Shown here piece after piece: positions 16,727 through 28,024 of a DNA stretch of 64,000 bases. The notes under the pieces were generated by a model. That model was not told where the DNA came from and ran no database searches. It saw only the letters and a list, made by a program, of their open reading frames with translations. Source of the stretch: Deltaproteobacteria bacterium (lineage in GTDB: Bacteria; Desulfobacterota; Syntrophobacteria; BM002); the NCBI GenBank assembly GCA_019309045.1, contig JAFDGZ010000006.1:2066-66065 (forward strand), given 5' to 3'. Position 1 is the first letter of the stretch. Every line of letters starts with the position of its first letter. The position numbers and the translations under genes were made by a program.

Positions 16727-17482
16727 CTAATGCGCCAGGAAACCACCGTCAACAGCTAGAGTATGGCCAGTCACGTAAGAAGCAGCGTCGGAACAAAGCC
16801 AGACCACAGCCTCAGCCACTTCCTCCGGCTCTGCCATTCGGCCCATAGGCTGCTGAGCCAAAATCAGCTGCTCAACTTTTTGCTCCCCCTGCGTGAAAGC
16901 CGCAGCCATGGGTGTGCCCACAATACTTGGACAGACAGCATTGATACGGATGTTGTCTCTGGCATATTCAAGAGCTGCCGCTTTTGTCAGACCCACGACG
17001 CCGTGTTTGCTGGCCACATAGGGCGACCAGCCCCAGAGCCCTACCAGACCTGCCACTGAAGAGGTGTTGACAATGACGCCTCCACCCTGAGCCCTCATTG
17101 CCGGAATTTCGTATTTCATGCACAGCCAGACTCCCTTGAGATTGGTTTGCATGACCTCATCCCAGAGCTCTTCAGCACAGTCAGCGGTCAGGCCTTGAAC
17201 TCCAGCAATGCCGGCATTGTTGTGGGCACAATCAATCCTGCCGTACTTTTCCACTACCGTAGTCACCGCTGCCTTTACCTGTATCCCCTTTGTCACATCA
17301 GTGTGCACGAACAAAGCATCTCCACCCATGGAGCGGACCATTTCCACAGTTTCTTCCCCACCGGCAACATTTAAATCAGCAATGACCACGCCGGCGCCTT
17401 CTCTTGCCAGAGCAATGGCCACGGCTCTGCCAATGCCAGACGCCCCACCAGTAACAAGTGCTGTTTTTCCAGCAAGTCTCAT
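16727..17482 (-). CDS. Short-chain dehydrogenase/reductase (SDR) family oxidoreductase
   Basis: TGGASGIGRA cofactor motif, NNAGI, and catalytic YVASKHGVVGLTK. Confidence 0.9.
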   Translation of the reverse strand: MRLAGKTALVTGGASGIGRAVAIALAREGAGVVIADLNVAGGEETVEMVRSMGGDALFVHTDVTKGIQVKAAVTTVVEKYGRIDCAHNNAGIAGVQGLTADCAEELWDEVMQTNLKGVWLCMKYEIPAMRAQGGGVIVNTSSVAGLVGLWGWSPYVASKHGVVGLTKAAALEYARDNIRINAVCPSIVGTPMAAAFTQGEQKVEQLILAQQPMGRMAEPEEVAEAVVWLCSDAASYVTGHTLAVDGGFLAH

Positions 17483-17638
17483 CACCTCACCTCTCCTTCC
17501 ACCCCAGCAACCACTGGGACCAGGAGTTTTTCCACCTCTTGCATTTATAGTGGCCGCACCTTGAGAGCAGACCCTCCCCTACAACTCTTCTTTGGGATAT
17601 CTCTCCTGGGTCGCGCCATTAAATACCTGGGCGATTTC

Positions 17639-18730
17639 TCATGTCAGGTTTCTCTTTAGAATCACCAGGAAGTCCTGGATATTTGTCACTATTGAGGTCA
17701 CTCCCAGGGTTCCTCTGTCTCGCAGCTTGTTTACCGCAAATTCAGAGACATCAACAGCATAGATATACACGGGTCTGACTTGACCGTTTACCACCTGATA
17801 GCATGGAGTCATATTGCCGGCAGCAATGGAATGCAGTTGAGTGGCAAGGCCAATCAAGGTAGTGGCTCTCGAGGTGTGCACCCTCATGGCGTCCTGGGCC
17901 TCGGTTGCGCTCACAATGACCCCAGGCAGCGGGCCATCATCGCGGATAGAGCCAGCCAAGACCACAGGGACCTTGTTCCGGCTGCACGCCCAGAGCACGC
18001 CATTTGCCAGCTTTTCCCTTGCTAACAACTCTTCTATGGATCCGCTGGCGCGAGCCCGATTCAGTACATCCAGGTGGTTGTAGTGCCCATTGGCGACCGG
18101 AGCCTGAGTATAAATATCCTGCCCTAGAGCAGTACGAAACATGGCAGCCTCCAGGTCATGGGTAGCCAGAGCGTTGCCAGCCAGGACAGCGTGCACATAG
18201 CCATGCTCTATCAAAGCTACCATGGCCTCTCGAGAATCTGAATCGAACACCACCGCCGGCCCCAGCACCCAGACGATGTAGCCCTGTTGTCGGTCGTGTC
18301 TGAGCAGGTCGTAGAGCACGTCATAGTCCCGCGAATAAGAAGTCTCTCGCGTTCTGCCTTTCCGAAAGGCAAATTTCTCACCTACCTTCGCCTGCTCTTG
18401 AAAACCACTGTCGTGGACGTAGATGCCCTCTTCACCACTTTCACTTCTGCCTAGCACAACTCTATCACCAGGTCTGAGCCGCCGCTGCTCCAGCACCCGA
18501 ATATTCTTCTCGTTCTCTTCACCGAGCACCACCACACAGTCCATTCTGCTCTGCTGAGCCAGAACCCATTCCCCTTTAATCTTAAAATACTCTGGAAATA
18601 CCGTGGTTGCGTGAAAATTCTCTGGTGCCACCCCTGCTTGGCGAACCACCCCACTCCGCACATCCGGTGCTTCTCTAAACTCTGTCCGGCTGAAATCAGG
18701 TGGCAGGTAGTGTGGTATTTCAAAGCCCAT
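17639..18730 (-). CDS. TIGR00300 / LOR-SDH-domain-like family protein (possibly archaeal-type ornithine cyclodeaminase-like); function uncertain
   Basis: ORF 17639..18871. ATG at 18730 (MGFEIPHY) has GGGAGAG 6 nt upstream. The family call rests on remembered resemblance only (HAVLAGNALATHDLE region). Confidence 0.45.
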   Translation of the reverse strand: MGFEIPHYLPPDFSRTEFREAPDVRSGVVRQAGVAPENFHATTVFPEYFKIKGEWVLAQQSRMDCVVVLGEENEKNIRVLEQRRLRPGDRVVLGRSESGEEGIYVHDSGFQEQAKVGEKFAFRKGRTRETSYSRDYDVLYDLLRHDRQQGYIVWVLGPAVVFDSDSREAMVALIEHGYVHAVLAGNALATHDLEAAMFRTALGQDIYTQAPVANGHYNHLDVLNRARASGSIEELLAREKLANGVLWACSRNKVPVVLAGSIRDDGPLPGVIVSATEAQDAMRVHTSRATTLIGLATQLHSIAAGNMTPCYQVVNGQVRPVYIYAVDVSEFAVNKLRDRGTLGVTSIVTNIQDFLVILKRNLT

Positions 18731-18879
18731 AAGACGCTCTCCCTTCTCACCCAACTTGACGGCCATCCTTGGTTGGACACTGTCCAACAATGCAGAATCT
18801 GGATGTTCTGCAGCGGTGACTCGCCTGGGCACCCCAGCTTTCACTCTGTCAGCTGGGCAGCAAGCCATCACCTACCAGC

Positions 18880-19866
18880 CTATTGCAGGCGTAGGACAAT
18901 CTTGCCGATATTTTCATTCCGTTCCATGCGCAGGGTGGCTGCATGCAACTCGGTAAATGGGTAGACAGAGTCCACCACTGCTTTGAGCTTTCCTGTCTTG
19001 AAGTGCGGCAAAACTTCCCGAGCAAACCTCTGCGTCACCGCTATTTTCTCTTCCAGGGGCCTTGCCCGCAGCGTGCTGCCCACAAGGCGAAGACGTTTGC
19101 TGAGAATCATTGCCAGTGGCGTCTCAGCCTTAGCGCCGCCCAATAATCCCAGCAGCACCAACCTGCCGCCATCTCTCAGAACTGCCAAGTTCTTCTGCCA
19201 ATAGCCGGCTCCTATTGTGTCCAGGACAATGTCAACACTGTCCTGGCCAAATTTGCTTACCACTACTTCCAGGAAATCTTCTTTGCGATAATTTATGCCG
19301 GTAAAAGGAGCAAGGGCTTGCACTTCAGCCAGTTTCTCGTCACTGCCAGCAGTGCCGATGCTCTTCCCTCCCAGAAGGTGTACGAGTTGCACCGCCGCAG
19401 TACCTATGCCTCCAGCGACAGCGTGAATCAGGACCACACTGCCAGATCTGAACTCTGCCTGCGATACCAGGGCATCGTAGGCTACCATAAATGCTTCGGG
19501 TACTGCCGCCGCTTCCACATCGTCCAGTTCTTCTGGCACAACCACCACGAGGCGCTGATGGCTTACAACCTGCTCAGCGTATCCTCCCCCTGCCACCACA
19601 CCGAAAACGCGCTCGCCCCCCTGCCATTCGGTCACCCGTTCACCTATTTGATCGATAGTACCGACGAATTCCAACCCAGGAACATCCTGCGGCGCACCAA
19701 CGGGAGCCGGGTAAAGCCCTCGACGTTGCAGAAGGTCTGCCCTGTTGAGTGAAGTAGCTGTTACCCTGATACGAACAAACTCACCCGATGCCTCCAGATC
19801 TGGTCGTTGTTGAATTACCAGGTTGTTCACCTCTCTGCCGAATTTTTCTATTACAGCACACTTCAT
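18880..19866 (-). CDS. NAD(P)H:quinone oxidoreductase (zinc-independent MDR, PIG3/Qor-like)
   Basis: MKCAVIEKFG start region, SLNRADLLQRRGLYPAP motif and AVAGGIGTAAVQL nucleotide-binding motif. The track ORF extends to GTG 19926. Confidence 0.85.
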   Translation of the reverse strand: MKCAVIEKFGREVNNLVIQQRPDLEASGEFVRIRVTATSLNRADLLQRRGLYPAPVGAPQDVPGLEFVGTIDQIGERVTEWQGGERVFGVVAGGGYAEQVVSHQRLVVVVPEELDDVEAAAVPEAFMVAYDALVSQAEFRSGSVVLIHAVAGGIGTAAVQLVHLLGGKSIGTAGSDEKLAEVQALAPFTGINYRKEDFLEVVVSKFGQDSVDIVLDTIGAGYWQKNLAVLRDGGRLVLLGLLGGAKAETPLAMILSKRLRLVGSTLRARPLEEKIAVTQRFAREVLPHFKTGKLKAVVDSVYPFTELHAATLRMERNENIGKIVLRLQ

Positions 19867-20038
19867 ATTATCTCTCGGAAAAGGTTTTCCTGCTCCCGCC
19901 GCTGATTCCTTGGCTTTCTTTACCACAGGCGACTTTCACAGGTGACAGCCATGCCCAGTGTGAGTATTATACCTTGTCTGTTACTCTCTTGCCGCCCAAC
20001 AGGGCCAAGGTTCTCCGTGTCTCAGGCGGACATTTGTA

Positions 20039-20980
20039 ATGAAGGACGGCATTGCCATGTCACGGACAACTCTTTACTTGCTGATGGCCGCACACGTGCT
20101 GCTCGCCGCAGGCACCTATGTATTTGGCAAAGCAGCTGCCGTGGGCTTCCCTGACGCAGGCAGCCTCACCTTGGCGAGATCTCTGGGAGCAGCCCTCATT
20201 CTCTTGGTCATCTCAGGTTGGCTGCTGCCAAAGCCCTCATTCAGCCGAGGGGAATGGCTGAAACTGGTTGGCTTCGGCATCCTCCTGGTGCCCATGAACC
20301 AGTATGCCTTCCTGCAGGGACTCCGACATACAGTTCCCAGCCATCCAGCCCTGTTCTATGCCCTGACACCTCTGGGAGTGCTGCTGCTGAGCAGTGCCGT
20401 CAAACTCAACCTGCCCTCGGCGAGAACTTGCAGTGGGGTGATAATGGCCCTTGCCGGTGTCCTCTGTATTCTCAGACCTTGGACCCAAGGAGAATTTGTC
20501 CGCCAACTCAGAACTGGTGATCTCTGGGTTATATGCGCAGTTCTCGCCTGGGTAGTCTACACAGTGGCCGCCTCCAGGACATGCCAGAACCACGATCCAC
20601 GGGTTGTCACTTCCTGGAGCCTCATTTTCGGAGCCCTGGCAATGATACCCATATCAGGACGTACCCTTCTGACCATGGATTATAACTCAATCAGCAGTGA
20701 AGCCTGGCTTGGTCTCCTGTGGCTGGTGATCATGACAAGCGTGCTGATGATGCTGGCCTGGAATCTGCTGCTCCGCCACTTGACTCCGGTGCAGGTGGCT
20801 GTATGTACCAATGCCCAGCCCCCCACTACGGTCGCCCTCTCAGTTTTTCTGGCTGCTCTAGGCTTCCTGCCAGGCAAGCAGGATCTCGGTCTTTTCTTCT
20901 GGCTGGGTATGCTCCTCACCCTCATCGGGGTTTTCCTGGTGCAGGCCAGCTCACCAACTGTGCCAGCCACTCCCAGGTAA
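20039..20980 (+). CDS. EamA/DMT-family transporter
   Basis: About ten predicted TM helices in two EamA-like halves. The start could alternatively be the ATG at 20057. Confidence 0.8.
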   Translation: MKDGIAMSRTTLYLLMAAHVLLAAGTYVFGKAAAVGFPDAGSLTLARSLGAALILLVISGWLLPKPSFSRGEWLKLVGFGILLVPMNQYAFLQGLRHTVPSHPALFYALTPLGVLLLSSAVKLNLPSARTCSGVIMALAGVLCILRPWTQGEFVRQLRTGDLWVICAVLAWVVYTVAASRTCQNHDPRVVTSWSLIFGALAMIPISGRTLLTMDYNSISSEAWLGLLWLVIMTSVLMMLAWNLLLRHLTPVQVAVCTNAQPPTTVALSVFLAALGFLPGKQDLGLFFWLGMLLTLIGVFLVQASSPTVPATPR

Positions 20981-21012
20981 CCAGCTTGCAGGTAGGCCTG
21001 TTGCCTAAATTA

Positions 21013-22398
21013 TCAATAGTCAGGCGGACTCTCTTCATCGAACAACTCCCTCAAGGCATCGTGCAGCGAAGCAGTCCCCCGAATTTCCATATCGGCAACA
21101 TCCTGCAAGCCTTCCGCGCTACCTCTGGGAACAAGGCAGCGGCTAAACCCCAATCTGGCAGCCTCCTTCACCCTGATGGCAACCCGGCTGACGCCCCGTA
21201 CTTCTCCTGTCAAACCAATCTCACCCAGGACAACCGTCCCAGGGTCTATGGGTTTTTCAAGAAAGCTCGAAGCCACTGCCGCGGCAATGGCCAGATCCAC
21301 CGCTGGCTCATCCACCCTCACTCCTCCAGCAGCATTCACGAAAATATCTTGCTGGGCCAGCGAGTAGCCTACCTTCTTTTCCAGGACCGCCAGCAGCAAG
21401 GCCAGCCTGTTATGGTCAACTCCCATAGTGGTGCGGCGCGGAATGGCCAGACTTGAAGGGCTCACCAGTGCCTGCACCTCCACCAGCAGTGGTCTGCTGC
21501 CCTCAATTGCTGCTGTAATTGCAGAGCCGGCAACACCAAGCGGTCTTTCAGCAAGAAAGAGTTCAGATGGATTCATTACCTGGCACAACCCTTTTTCACT
21601 CATCTCGAAAACACCAATCTCATTGGTGGATCCATAGCGATTTTTTATAGCTCGCAGGATGCGGAAGCTGTGCCCCCTGTCGCCTTCGAAATAGAGAACC
21701 GTATCCACCATGTGTTCCAGTACCCGTGGTCCTGCAATGGCACCTTCCTTAGTCACATGCCCCACGAGGAAAGTTGGACGGTTTGCCTTCTTGGCCTCCA
21801 GAATCACTCGGCTGGCGCAGTGGCGAACCTGACTCACACTTCCGGGAGCAGATTCCAGCTGGTTGCTATAGACTGTTTGTACTGAATCAATGGCAAGGAC
21901 GTCAGGATCGAGTTTTTCCGTGAGGCCCAGAATATTTTCCAGCAAAGAATCTGCCACCACGTAAAGCCATGGAGAACTGATACCCACCCGCCTCGAACGC
22001 AGCCTGATCTGATCGGCTGACTCCTCCCCGGAGGCATAGAGCAGTGTTTTCCCCCCCGTAGAAACACCATGCAAGGCTTGCAGCAGCAGAGTAGACTTGC
22101 CGATGCCGGGCTCGCCGCCAATGAGCACTACCGAACCAGCCACAACTCCACCGCCCAGCACCCGGTCGAGTTCGTCAATGCCAGTTGACAAACGCCGAGG
22201 TCCCTGACCGGCAGTTCTGCCGTCGAGAGGCTCTGCCTCTACAGTGGCTGCTGGCAACAGCTGTGCAGGATGTTGGGCGTCAATTTTTTCTTCCAGCAAA
22301 GAATTCCATTGACTGCAGCCTGGACAGCGACCCAGCCATTTCGGGCTGCGAAAACCACATTCCTGACAAACATATTGTGTACTTGGTTCTTTAGCCAT
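21013..22398 (-). CDS. radA: DNA repair protein RadA/Sms
   Basis: Zinc finger CQECGFRSPKWLGRCPGCSQWNS, Walker A GGEPGIGKSTLLLQ, KNRYG motif and a Lon-like C-terminal domain. Confidence 0.95.
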   Translation of the reverse strand: MAKEPSTQYVCQECGFRSPKWLGRCPGCSQWNSLLEEKIDAQHPAQLLPAATVEAEPLDGRTAGQGPRRLSTGIDELDRVLGGGVVAGSVVLIGGEPGIGKSTLLLQALHGVSTGGKTLLYASGEESADQIRLRSRRVGISSPWLYVVADSLLENILGLTEKLDPDVLAIDSVQTVYSNQLESAPGSVSQVRHCASRVILEAKKANRPTFLVGHVTKEGAIAGPRVLEHMVDTVLYFEGDRGHSFRILRAIKNRYGSTNEIGVFEMSEKGLCQVMNPSELFLAERPLGVAGSAITAAIEGSRPLLVEVQALVSPSSLAIPRRTTMGVDHNRLALLLAVLEKKVGYSLAQQDIFVNAAGGVRVDEPAVDLAIAAAVASSFLEKPIDPGTVVLGEIGLTGEVRGVSRVAIRVKEAARLGFSRCLVPRGSAEGLQDVADMEIRGTASLHDALRELFDEESPPDY

Positions 22399-22731
22399 AG
22401 AATCTCACTCGGATTGCTGCCTGAAACACTGCTTCCATAATGAAGCCATGTCCATGTTCTGCATACAGACTCCCTCTTTGTGTCATGCAGCATTTTTATT
22501 GTCAAGAGTGCCAACCACCGAGCTCTTCATGAATTAGATCTGCCCCCACTGCATCAAACGGTCGCAGCAGGCCTGGCTGGATTCATGGCTTCTTTATCAC
22601 ACCCGGCTGCTGGTGGTCATTCCGATGGGATCAACACCTTCACTTTCTGCCTCATTTGTAAAAGACGAGCGCAGGGCTAGGAAATGTTCTGCCGAGCTCG
22701 ACAAAAGATGAAACTTGTTTGTCCTCGCAGG

Positions 22732-22760
22732 TTGACAAAGCTCTGTCCCTGTGCTTATAT
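22732..22760 (+). promoter_or_regulatory. Candidate sigma70-type promoter for trxA (TTGACA-17 nt-TTATAT)
   Basis: Hexamers read directly, 83 nt upstream of the trxA ATG. Confidence 0.4.
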
Positions 22761-22842
22761 GACAACTCGGCTCTTGCTGCAGGTGAGAGCTTTTCATTGA
22801 GACCAAACAAAATCATGCAGTGAACATTTGAGGAGAAATGTG

Positions 22843-23172
22843 ATGGCAGGGAAAAATGTTTTCGAGGTAACTGACGAAGGTTTCGAAGGTGACGTACTCA
22901 AATCCGACATGCCAGTGCTCGTCGATTTCTGGGCTCCATGGTGTGGTCCATGCAGGGCTATTGCTCCAGTAGTCGAGGAGCTGGCAGTTGAATATGACGG
23001 CAAATTGAAGGTTGGCAAGTGTAATGTGGACGAGAATCCAAAAACACCAGGGCAGTTTGGCATCAGGGCCATACCCACACTGATTCTTTTCAAAGAGGGC
23101 AAAGTTACCGAGCAAATCACTGGAGCTGTATCAAAGTCGCAGATCGATGCTGCCATCAAGAAAGTAATGTAG
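22843..23172 (+). CDS. trxA: Thioredoxin
   Basis: WAPWCGPCR active site. ATG at 22843 follows an AGGAGA RBS; the track start is TTG 22828. Confidence 0.95.
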   Translation: MAGKNVFEVTDEGFEGDVLKSDMPVLVDFWAPWCGPCRAIAPVVEELAVEYDGKLKVGKCNVDENPKTPGQFGIRAIPTLILFKEGKVTEQITGAVSKSQIDAAIKKVM

Positions 23173-23368
23173 ATGTTGATTCACTGGTGGGTTTTCTAGA
23201 TAAAATCCTGCTCTTCTCCTGACCAGTTGCCTCTATTGCTTCATACGGAACCTGTCGATCCCACCAAATAACCCGGCACCTTCTCCGGCAGAATATAATT
23301 ATGAAGGCATCTGCCAGGCCCAGGGGGGAGACCTTTACATCTCTCCAGCGGGCAAAGGTGTGAGAGCA

Positions 23369-24079
23369 ATGGATAGACGCTTTACTGGACGCTTCCAGGC
23401 CGCCATAATACTATTAACCTTTGTCGCTTCCAGTGCTGTGGGCTGTGCCTGGTTCCAGAGCCAACGTGAAAAGAGCGCCAGGGAATTGGCAACCGAGGGC
23501 ATGGCGGAATATGAAGACGGCGATTACCTGGACGCAATTAAGATATTCACCACTCTTAAAGAGCATTACCCCTACAGCCGCTATGCTGTCTTGGCAGAGT
23601 TAAAACTGGCAGACGCCCATTTCTACCGAGAAGATTATGAAGAAGCCATAGCAGCCTATGATCAGTTTGCTCGCCTCCACCCGAAAAACGAAGCAATTCC
23701 CTATGTTCTTTATCAAATAGGCGAATCGTATTTCCGGCAAATTTATACTTTTGACAGGGACCAGACACCAACTCACCAGTCCATTCAGGCCTTTGAGCGC
23801 CTGTTGAGTGCTTTTCCGGAAAGCGCTTATGATGCAAAGGCGAGGGAAAAGATCCACAAATGCCGCCTTGAGCTGGCAGACCACGAGATTTATGTGGGCA
23901 ATTTCTATCTCAAATCCAAGAAGTATCGAGCGGCACTGGCTCGATTCGAGGGAGCACTGAAACAGTACGCCGACGTTCTGGAGGGTGCCAAACGGCAGAA
24001 GGTGGAACAATCCATCAAGCTATGCAAGGAAAAGCTTGCTCTGCAGGAGTCGGCCATGACTGAAACGCCCAAGAAGTGA
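23369..24079 (+). CDS. bamD: Outer membrane protein assembly factor BamD (TPR lipoprotein)
   Basis: Lipobox (SSAVGC). TPR/YfiO-like pattern (YPYSRYA...AELKLADAHF...FARLHP...AYDA). Confidence 0.85.
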   Translation: MDRRFTGRFQAAIILLTFVASSAVGCAWFQSQREKSARELATEGMAEYEDGDYLDAIKIFTTLKEHYPYSRYAVLAELKLADAHFYREDYEEAIAAYDQFARLHPKNEAIPYVLYQIGESYFRQIYTFDRDQTPTHQSIQAFERLLSAFPESAYDAKAREKIHKCRLELADHEIYVGNFYLKSKKYRAALARFEGALKQYADVLEGAKRQKVEQSIKLCKEKLALQESAMTETPKK

Positions 24080-24544
24080 GGATGCCCTGCTGGCACTCCA
24101 GACAGACAGGCGCCCGGAGCGATTTTGCCCACCTCGAAGTAGCGGACGCTGTGACAAATTTGCCATGGCTGCCAACTCTGGTGCAGAACAATAGAAGCCT
24201 CAATCTATCTAATATTTGGTTGGCGAGTGATTTGCCTTTTGCCCAATGCCTGTTCTCCTGCGGGCGGGCGAACTGTTGGCCTGACAACTTTCTGTGTCGA
24301 TTGTGTCTCATCCGTGAAAACAGAGACATTTGAGTCCAAAATGGGCAAGCTGATGAGCTCAGCACTGGAGCCGGCGACTGGCTGAGCCGCCCGTTTTCTG
24401 AAGCCACTCGGTGCGCTCAGGTGACAGCCAGTGGGTCCGTCGCGGCCTATACTGCGACAATCGGTTGTAACCAAAGGGGGAGGGAGATGTTGTGCCTCTA
24501 GCAAAAATAATATTGCTGAAAATGATGCACCACTTCAAAATCGC

Positions 24545-24573
24545 TTGACATGGCTAATTTTATTTCTTATATT
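24545..24573 (+). promoter_or_regulatory. Candidate sigma70-type promoter for rho (TTGACA-17 nt-TATATT)
   Basis: Consensus hexamers read directly. Implies a leader of about 440 nt before the rho ATG at 25022. Confidence 0.4.
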
Positions 24574-25021
24574 TTTAGCGTCGACAACGGTGATAGTTAA
24601 CTTTATTATGTACTTGACCTGCCTTAGGTATTTCCCAGCAAGAGAACCCCGAACAGTGTGCTCGACAGGCACAAATCGGCCCCTGCATGGTCTCTAGTTC
24701 CGACTCTGTGAGGTACACAGCCATTGCTACAGACCCGACCATTTTCGACATGGCACAAGGTGCCGCCTCTGCTGGGTAATGTGCGAGCCTGATCAGGCCG
24801 CAGGCCTTTCAGGCAAGGAAAAAGTCTCTTCTCTCGAGAGCTCTCTAATCGAGCAGATCCTGTCACAATACGAAGTATGCCGACCCAACTATGGTAGGAT
24901 TTTGATGAGTCACCAGCCAAGCTTCCAAATGGACTTCTGGTGTCTATAACAATATGACCCACGACAATAACTAGGAAAGGAGGAAAACCCGCCAGGCCCA
25001 ATGACCTGACGGGGAAAAACC

Positions 25022-26269
25022 ATGAATCTAGTAGACTTGAAAGAAAAGAATATCAAAGAATTGATAGAGATGGCCAAAGACTATAATATCGACGGCATCA
25101 GCACCATGCGCAAGCAGGAGTTGATATTTGCTCTTTTGCAGGCCCAGACAGAAAAGAATGGCCTGATCTATGCTGAGGGTGTTCTGGAGACCCTGCCAGA
25201 TGGCTTTGGATTCCTCAGGGCGCAAAATTACAATTACTTGCCAGGACCAGACGACATTTATGTATCGCCGTCGCAGATCAGGCGCTTTGGTCTCAGAACA
25301 GGAGATACCGTCTCTGGACAGATTCGTCCACCGAAGGACGGTGAGCGTTATTTTGCCTTGCTCAAAGTGGAGGCTGTGAATTTTGAAGATCCCGAGGGAA
25401 CGCGCGACAAGATACTGTTTGACAATCTGGTACCGCTCTACCCCCAGGAACGGATTCGCCTGGAAACAGATCCGAAAAACTACTCCACCCGAATTATGGA
25501 TCTGCTTACTCCCATTGGCAAAGGGCAGAGAGGCCTTATCGTTGCCTCTCCCCGCACCGGCAAGACAATGTTATTGCAACACATTGCCAACAGCATCAGC
25601 ATCAATCACAAGAACATATATCTGATTGTGCTGCTTATTGATGAAAGGCCTGAAGAGGTCACCGATATGCAACGGTCGGTGAAGGCTGAAGTGGTAAGCT
25701 CAACATTTGATGAACCGGCTCAACGCCATGTCCAGGTAGCGGAAATGGTAATCGAAAAGGCCAAGCGCTTGGTAGAACACAAACGGGACGTGGTTATTCT
25801 GCTCGACAGCATTACCCGTCTTGCCAGGGCCTACAATGCGGTAGTGCCTCCAAGTGGCAAGATTCTTTCTGGTGGGGTCGACTCTAACGCTCTGCACCGA
25901 CCCAAGCGGTTTTTTGGTGCAGCACGGAACATTGAGGGAGGCGGTAGTCTTACCATAATAGCCACTGCCCTGATCGACACTGGCAGTCGCATGGACGAGG
26001 TAATCTTCGAAGAATTCAAAGGTACAGGCAATATGGAAATTCACCTGGACCGCAAGTTGGCAGACCGCCGTATTTTCCCGGCAATCGATATCAATCGGTC
26101 TGGAACCCGCAAAGAGGAATTACTCCTGCCACCCGAGGATCTGAATCGGGTATGGATCCTGCGAAAACTGCTCTCCCCATTGAATACTGTGGATGCCATG
26201 GAATTCTTGCTGGACAAGATGGAAGGTACGGCAAGCAATGCGGACTTCCTGGACTCTATGAATGCCTAG
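25022..26269 (+). CDS. rho: Transcription termination factor Rho
   Basis: N-terminal [22 protein letters not shown]-binding domain (RFGLRTGD), P-loop ASPRTGKT, and full-length Rho architecture. Confidence 0.97.
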   Translation: MNLVDLKEKNIKELIEMAKDYNIDGISTMRKQELIFALLQAQTEKNGLIYAEGVLETLPDGFGFLRAQNYNYLPGPDDIYVSPSQIRRFGLRTGDTVSGQIRPPKDGERYFALLKVEAVNFEDPEGTRDKILFDNLVPLYPQERIRLETDPKNYSTRIMDLLTPIGKGQRGLIVASPRTGKTMLLQHIANSISINHKNIYLIVLLIDERPEEVTDMQRSVKAEVVSSTFDEPAQRHVQVAEMVIEKAKRLVEHKRDVVILLDSITRLARAYNAVVPPSGKILSGGVDSNALHRPKRFFGAARNIEGGGSLTIIATALIDTGSRMDEVIFEEFKGTGNMEIHLDRKLADRRIFPAIDINRSGTRKEELLLPPEDLNRVWILRKLLSPLNTVDAMEFLLDKMEGTASNADFLDSMNA

Positions 26270-26339
26270 TAGTTCGACAGAACGGTAGCTGGTCTTCCGT
26301 GTGGTGGGAGAGCTGACAAAGAGTTGTCAAAGAAAGTAC

Positions 26340-26368
26340 TTGCCAGTATTATCTTCTGTCATTATATT
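26340..26368 (+). promoter_or_regulatory. Candidate sigma70-type promoter for rpmE (TTGCCA-17 nt-TATATT)
   Basis: Hexamers read directly, about 105 nt upstream of the rpmE ATG. Confidence 0.35.
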
Positions 26369-26472
26369 AGTAAGTTTGAAACGTCTGATGTTAGCTTAAG
26401 CGACGGCTGGTTCACTCTTGGCTTCGAGTTGGGCAAGCAATAGATCTGCCCGGTAAAATGAGGTATAGACGC

Positions 26473-26697
26473 ATGAAGAAGGGTATACATCCTGAATATT
26501 ACCAGACAACGATACGCTGCCATTGTGGTAACGAGTTTTCTACAGGCTCGACCAAAAAGAACATCAGCGTTGAGATCTGTTCACGCTGCCATCCGTTCTA
26601 TACGGGCAAACAGAAACTTGTGGACTCTGCTGGGCGAATAGAACGCTTCCGCAGGAAGTACGAAAAATTTAGCGGCACCAATAATAAAGAGTCTTGA
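26473..26697 (+). CDS. rpmE: 50S ribosomal protein L31
   Basis: [10 protein letters not shown]...CHCG...[13 protein letters not shown] at 26473 lies inside track ORF 26458..26697. Confidence 0.95.
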   Translation: MKKGIHPEYYQTTIRCHCGNEFSTGSTKKNISVEICSRCHPFYTGKQKLVDSAGRIERFRRKYEKFSGTNNKES

Positions 26698-26944
26698 TCT
26701 GGTTGTTGCCTTGCTGTATAAGACGGGCCCGGCCGAGACTGGATGAGCCACGGACATCGAGGCATCATAGCCTAGGCGCTCACCTTGAAACTGGCAAAGT
26801 AGTTTTCCCCATACCCTCGGAGTGCTGCTTTCGCTGCCATGGTTTCACGTCAGCAAAACTCTTCCAGGTGGACAGCCGCAAAGGAACACAGTTTGTCGAA
26901 GTGTCTGCAGGAAAATGCTCGGTGGCGAAGGACGGTGAGTGAGA

Positions 26945-28024
26945 ATGTTGAAAGGGCTCGAGAAATTAGAAGATATCGAACGCAGATACCTTGAACTTGA
27001 AAAAGCCTTGAGCGACCCTGGCATCCTCTCCAATCGCCAGGAGTATCTTTCACTCACAAAGGAACACGCCAATCTCCAACCCTGCGTCAACGCCCTGAGA
27101 AAATATCGCAGTATTTCCCAACAGATCGAAGAAAACAAAGAGCTGCTGGCCGACCCGGACCCCGACATTCGTGATCTCGCTCGTGAGGAGAACCGCAAAC
27201 TCCTGGAGCAGTTGGCTACAGTGGAGGTTGAACTCAGAACTCTTCTCATCCCCAGCGATCCCAATGACGGCAAGAATGTAATTCTTGAGATTAGAGCGGG
27301 CACTGGCGGTGATGAGGCTGCTCTCTTTGCCGCTGATCTTTTTCGCATGTATGCAAAATACGCTGAACTGCAGGGTTGGAAGATGGAAGTGCTCAACAGT
27401 CATCCCACTGGAATTGGCGGCTTCAAGGAAATAGTCTTACTGATCTCTGGAAATAGGGCTTACAGTCGGCTCAAGTACGAAAGCGGCGTCCACCGTGTGC
27501 AACGGGTTCCCACCACAGAGTCCCAGGGACGCATCCACACCTCTGCTGTGACAGTTGCCGTCCTTCCCGAAGCCGAGGAACTCGAGGTGAACATCGAGCC
27601 CAATGACCTGAGGATCGACGTGTTTCGCTCCTCCGGCCCTGGTGGTCAGAGCGTCAATACGACTGACTCAGCAGTCCGCATAACACATCTGCCCACAGGT
27701 TTAGTAGTGACATGCCAGGACGAAAAGTCGCAACACAAGAACAAGGCCAAGGCTCTCAAAGTCCTCCGGGCCAGACTACTCGACATGTGGGCCCAGGAGC
27801 AGCATGCCAAGACAGCCCAGGACCGTAGAAATCAAGTGGGTACCGGCGATCGCAGCGAGCGCGTCCGCACGTACAACTTCCCGCAAAATAGGGTCACAGA
27901 CCACCGCATCAATCTTACCCTCTATAAACTGAGTGAAATTCTGCAGGGCGAGCTCGACAATCTGATCAATCCTCTGATTACCTACTTCCAAACTGAATCT
28001 CTTGGGCAAATGGATTATGCCTGA
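26945..28024 (+). CDS. prfA: Peptide chain release factor 1
   Basis: GGQ motif ([11 protein letters not shown]), RF1 PxT region and full-length RF1 similarity. ATG at 26945. Confidence 0.97.
   Translation: MLKGLEKLEDIERRYLELEKALSDPGILSNRQEYLSLTKEHANLQPCVNALRKYRSISQQIEENKELLADPDPDIRDLAREENRKLLEQLATVEVELRTLLIPSDPNDGKNVILEIRAGTGGDEAALFAADLFRMYAKYAELQGWKMEVLNSHPTGIGGFKEIVLLISGNRAYSRLKYESGVHRVQRVPTTESQGRIHTSAVTVAVLPEAEELEVNIEPNDLRIDVFRSSGPGGQSVNTTDSAVRITHLPTGLVVTCQDEKSQHKNKAKALKVLRARLLDMWAQEQHAKTAQDRRNQVGTGDRSERVRTYNFPQNRVTDHRINLTLYKLSEILQGELDNLINPLITYFQTESLGQMDYA

Noticed and set aside
20719-21456. 245-aa plus-strand ORF spanning the EamA 3' end and radA
   Set aside because: It overlaps two well-supported genes, is out of frame or antisense to them, and is Gly/Pro/Arg/Ser-rich.
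24431-24697. 88-aa plus-strand ORF spanning the candidate rho promoter
   Set aside because: It overlaps an AT-rich promoter-like segment. Its hydrophobic stretch comes from translating the T-rich promoter, and it has no RBS.
26845-27396. 183-aa minus-strand ORF opposite prfA
   Set aside because: It is antisense to the RF1 gene and Ser/Arg-rich. I treat it as a shadow ORF.
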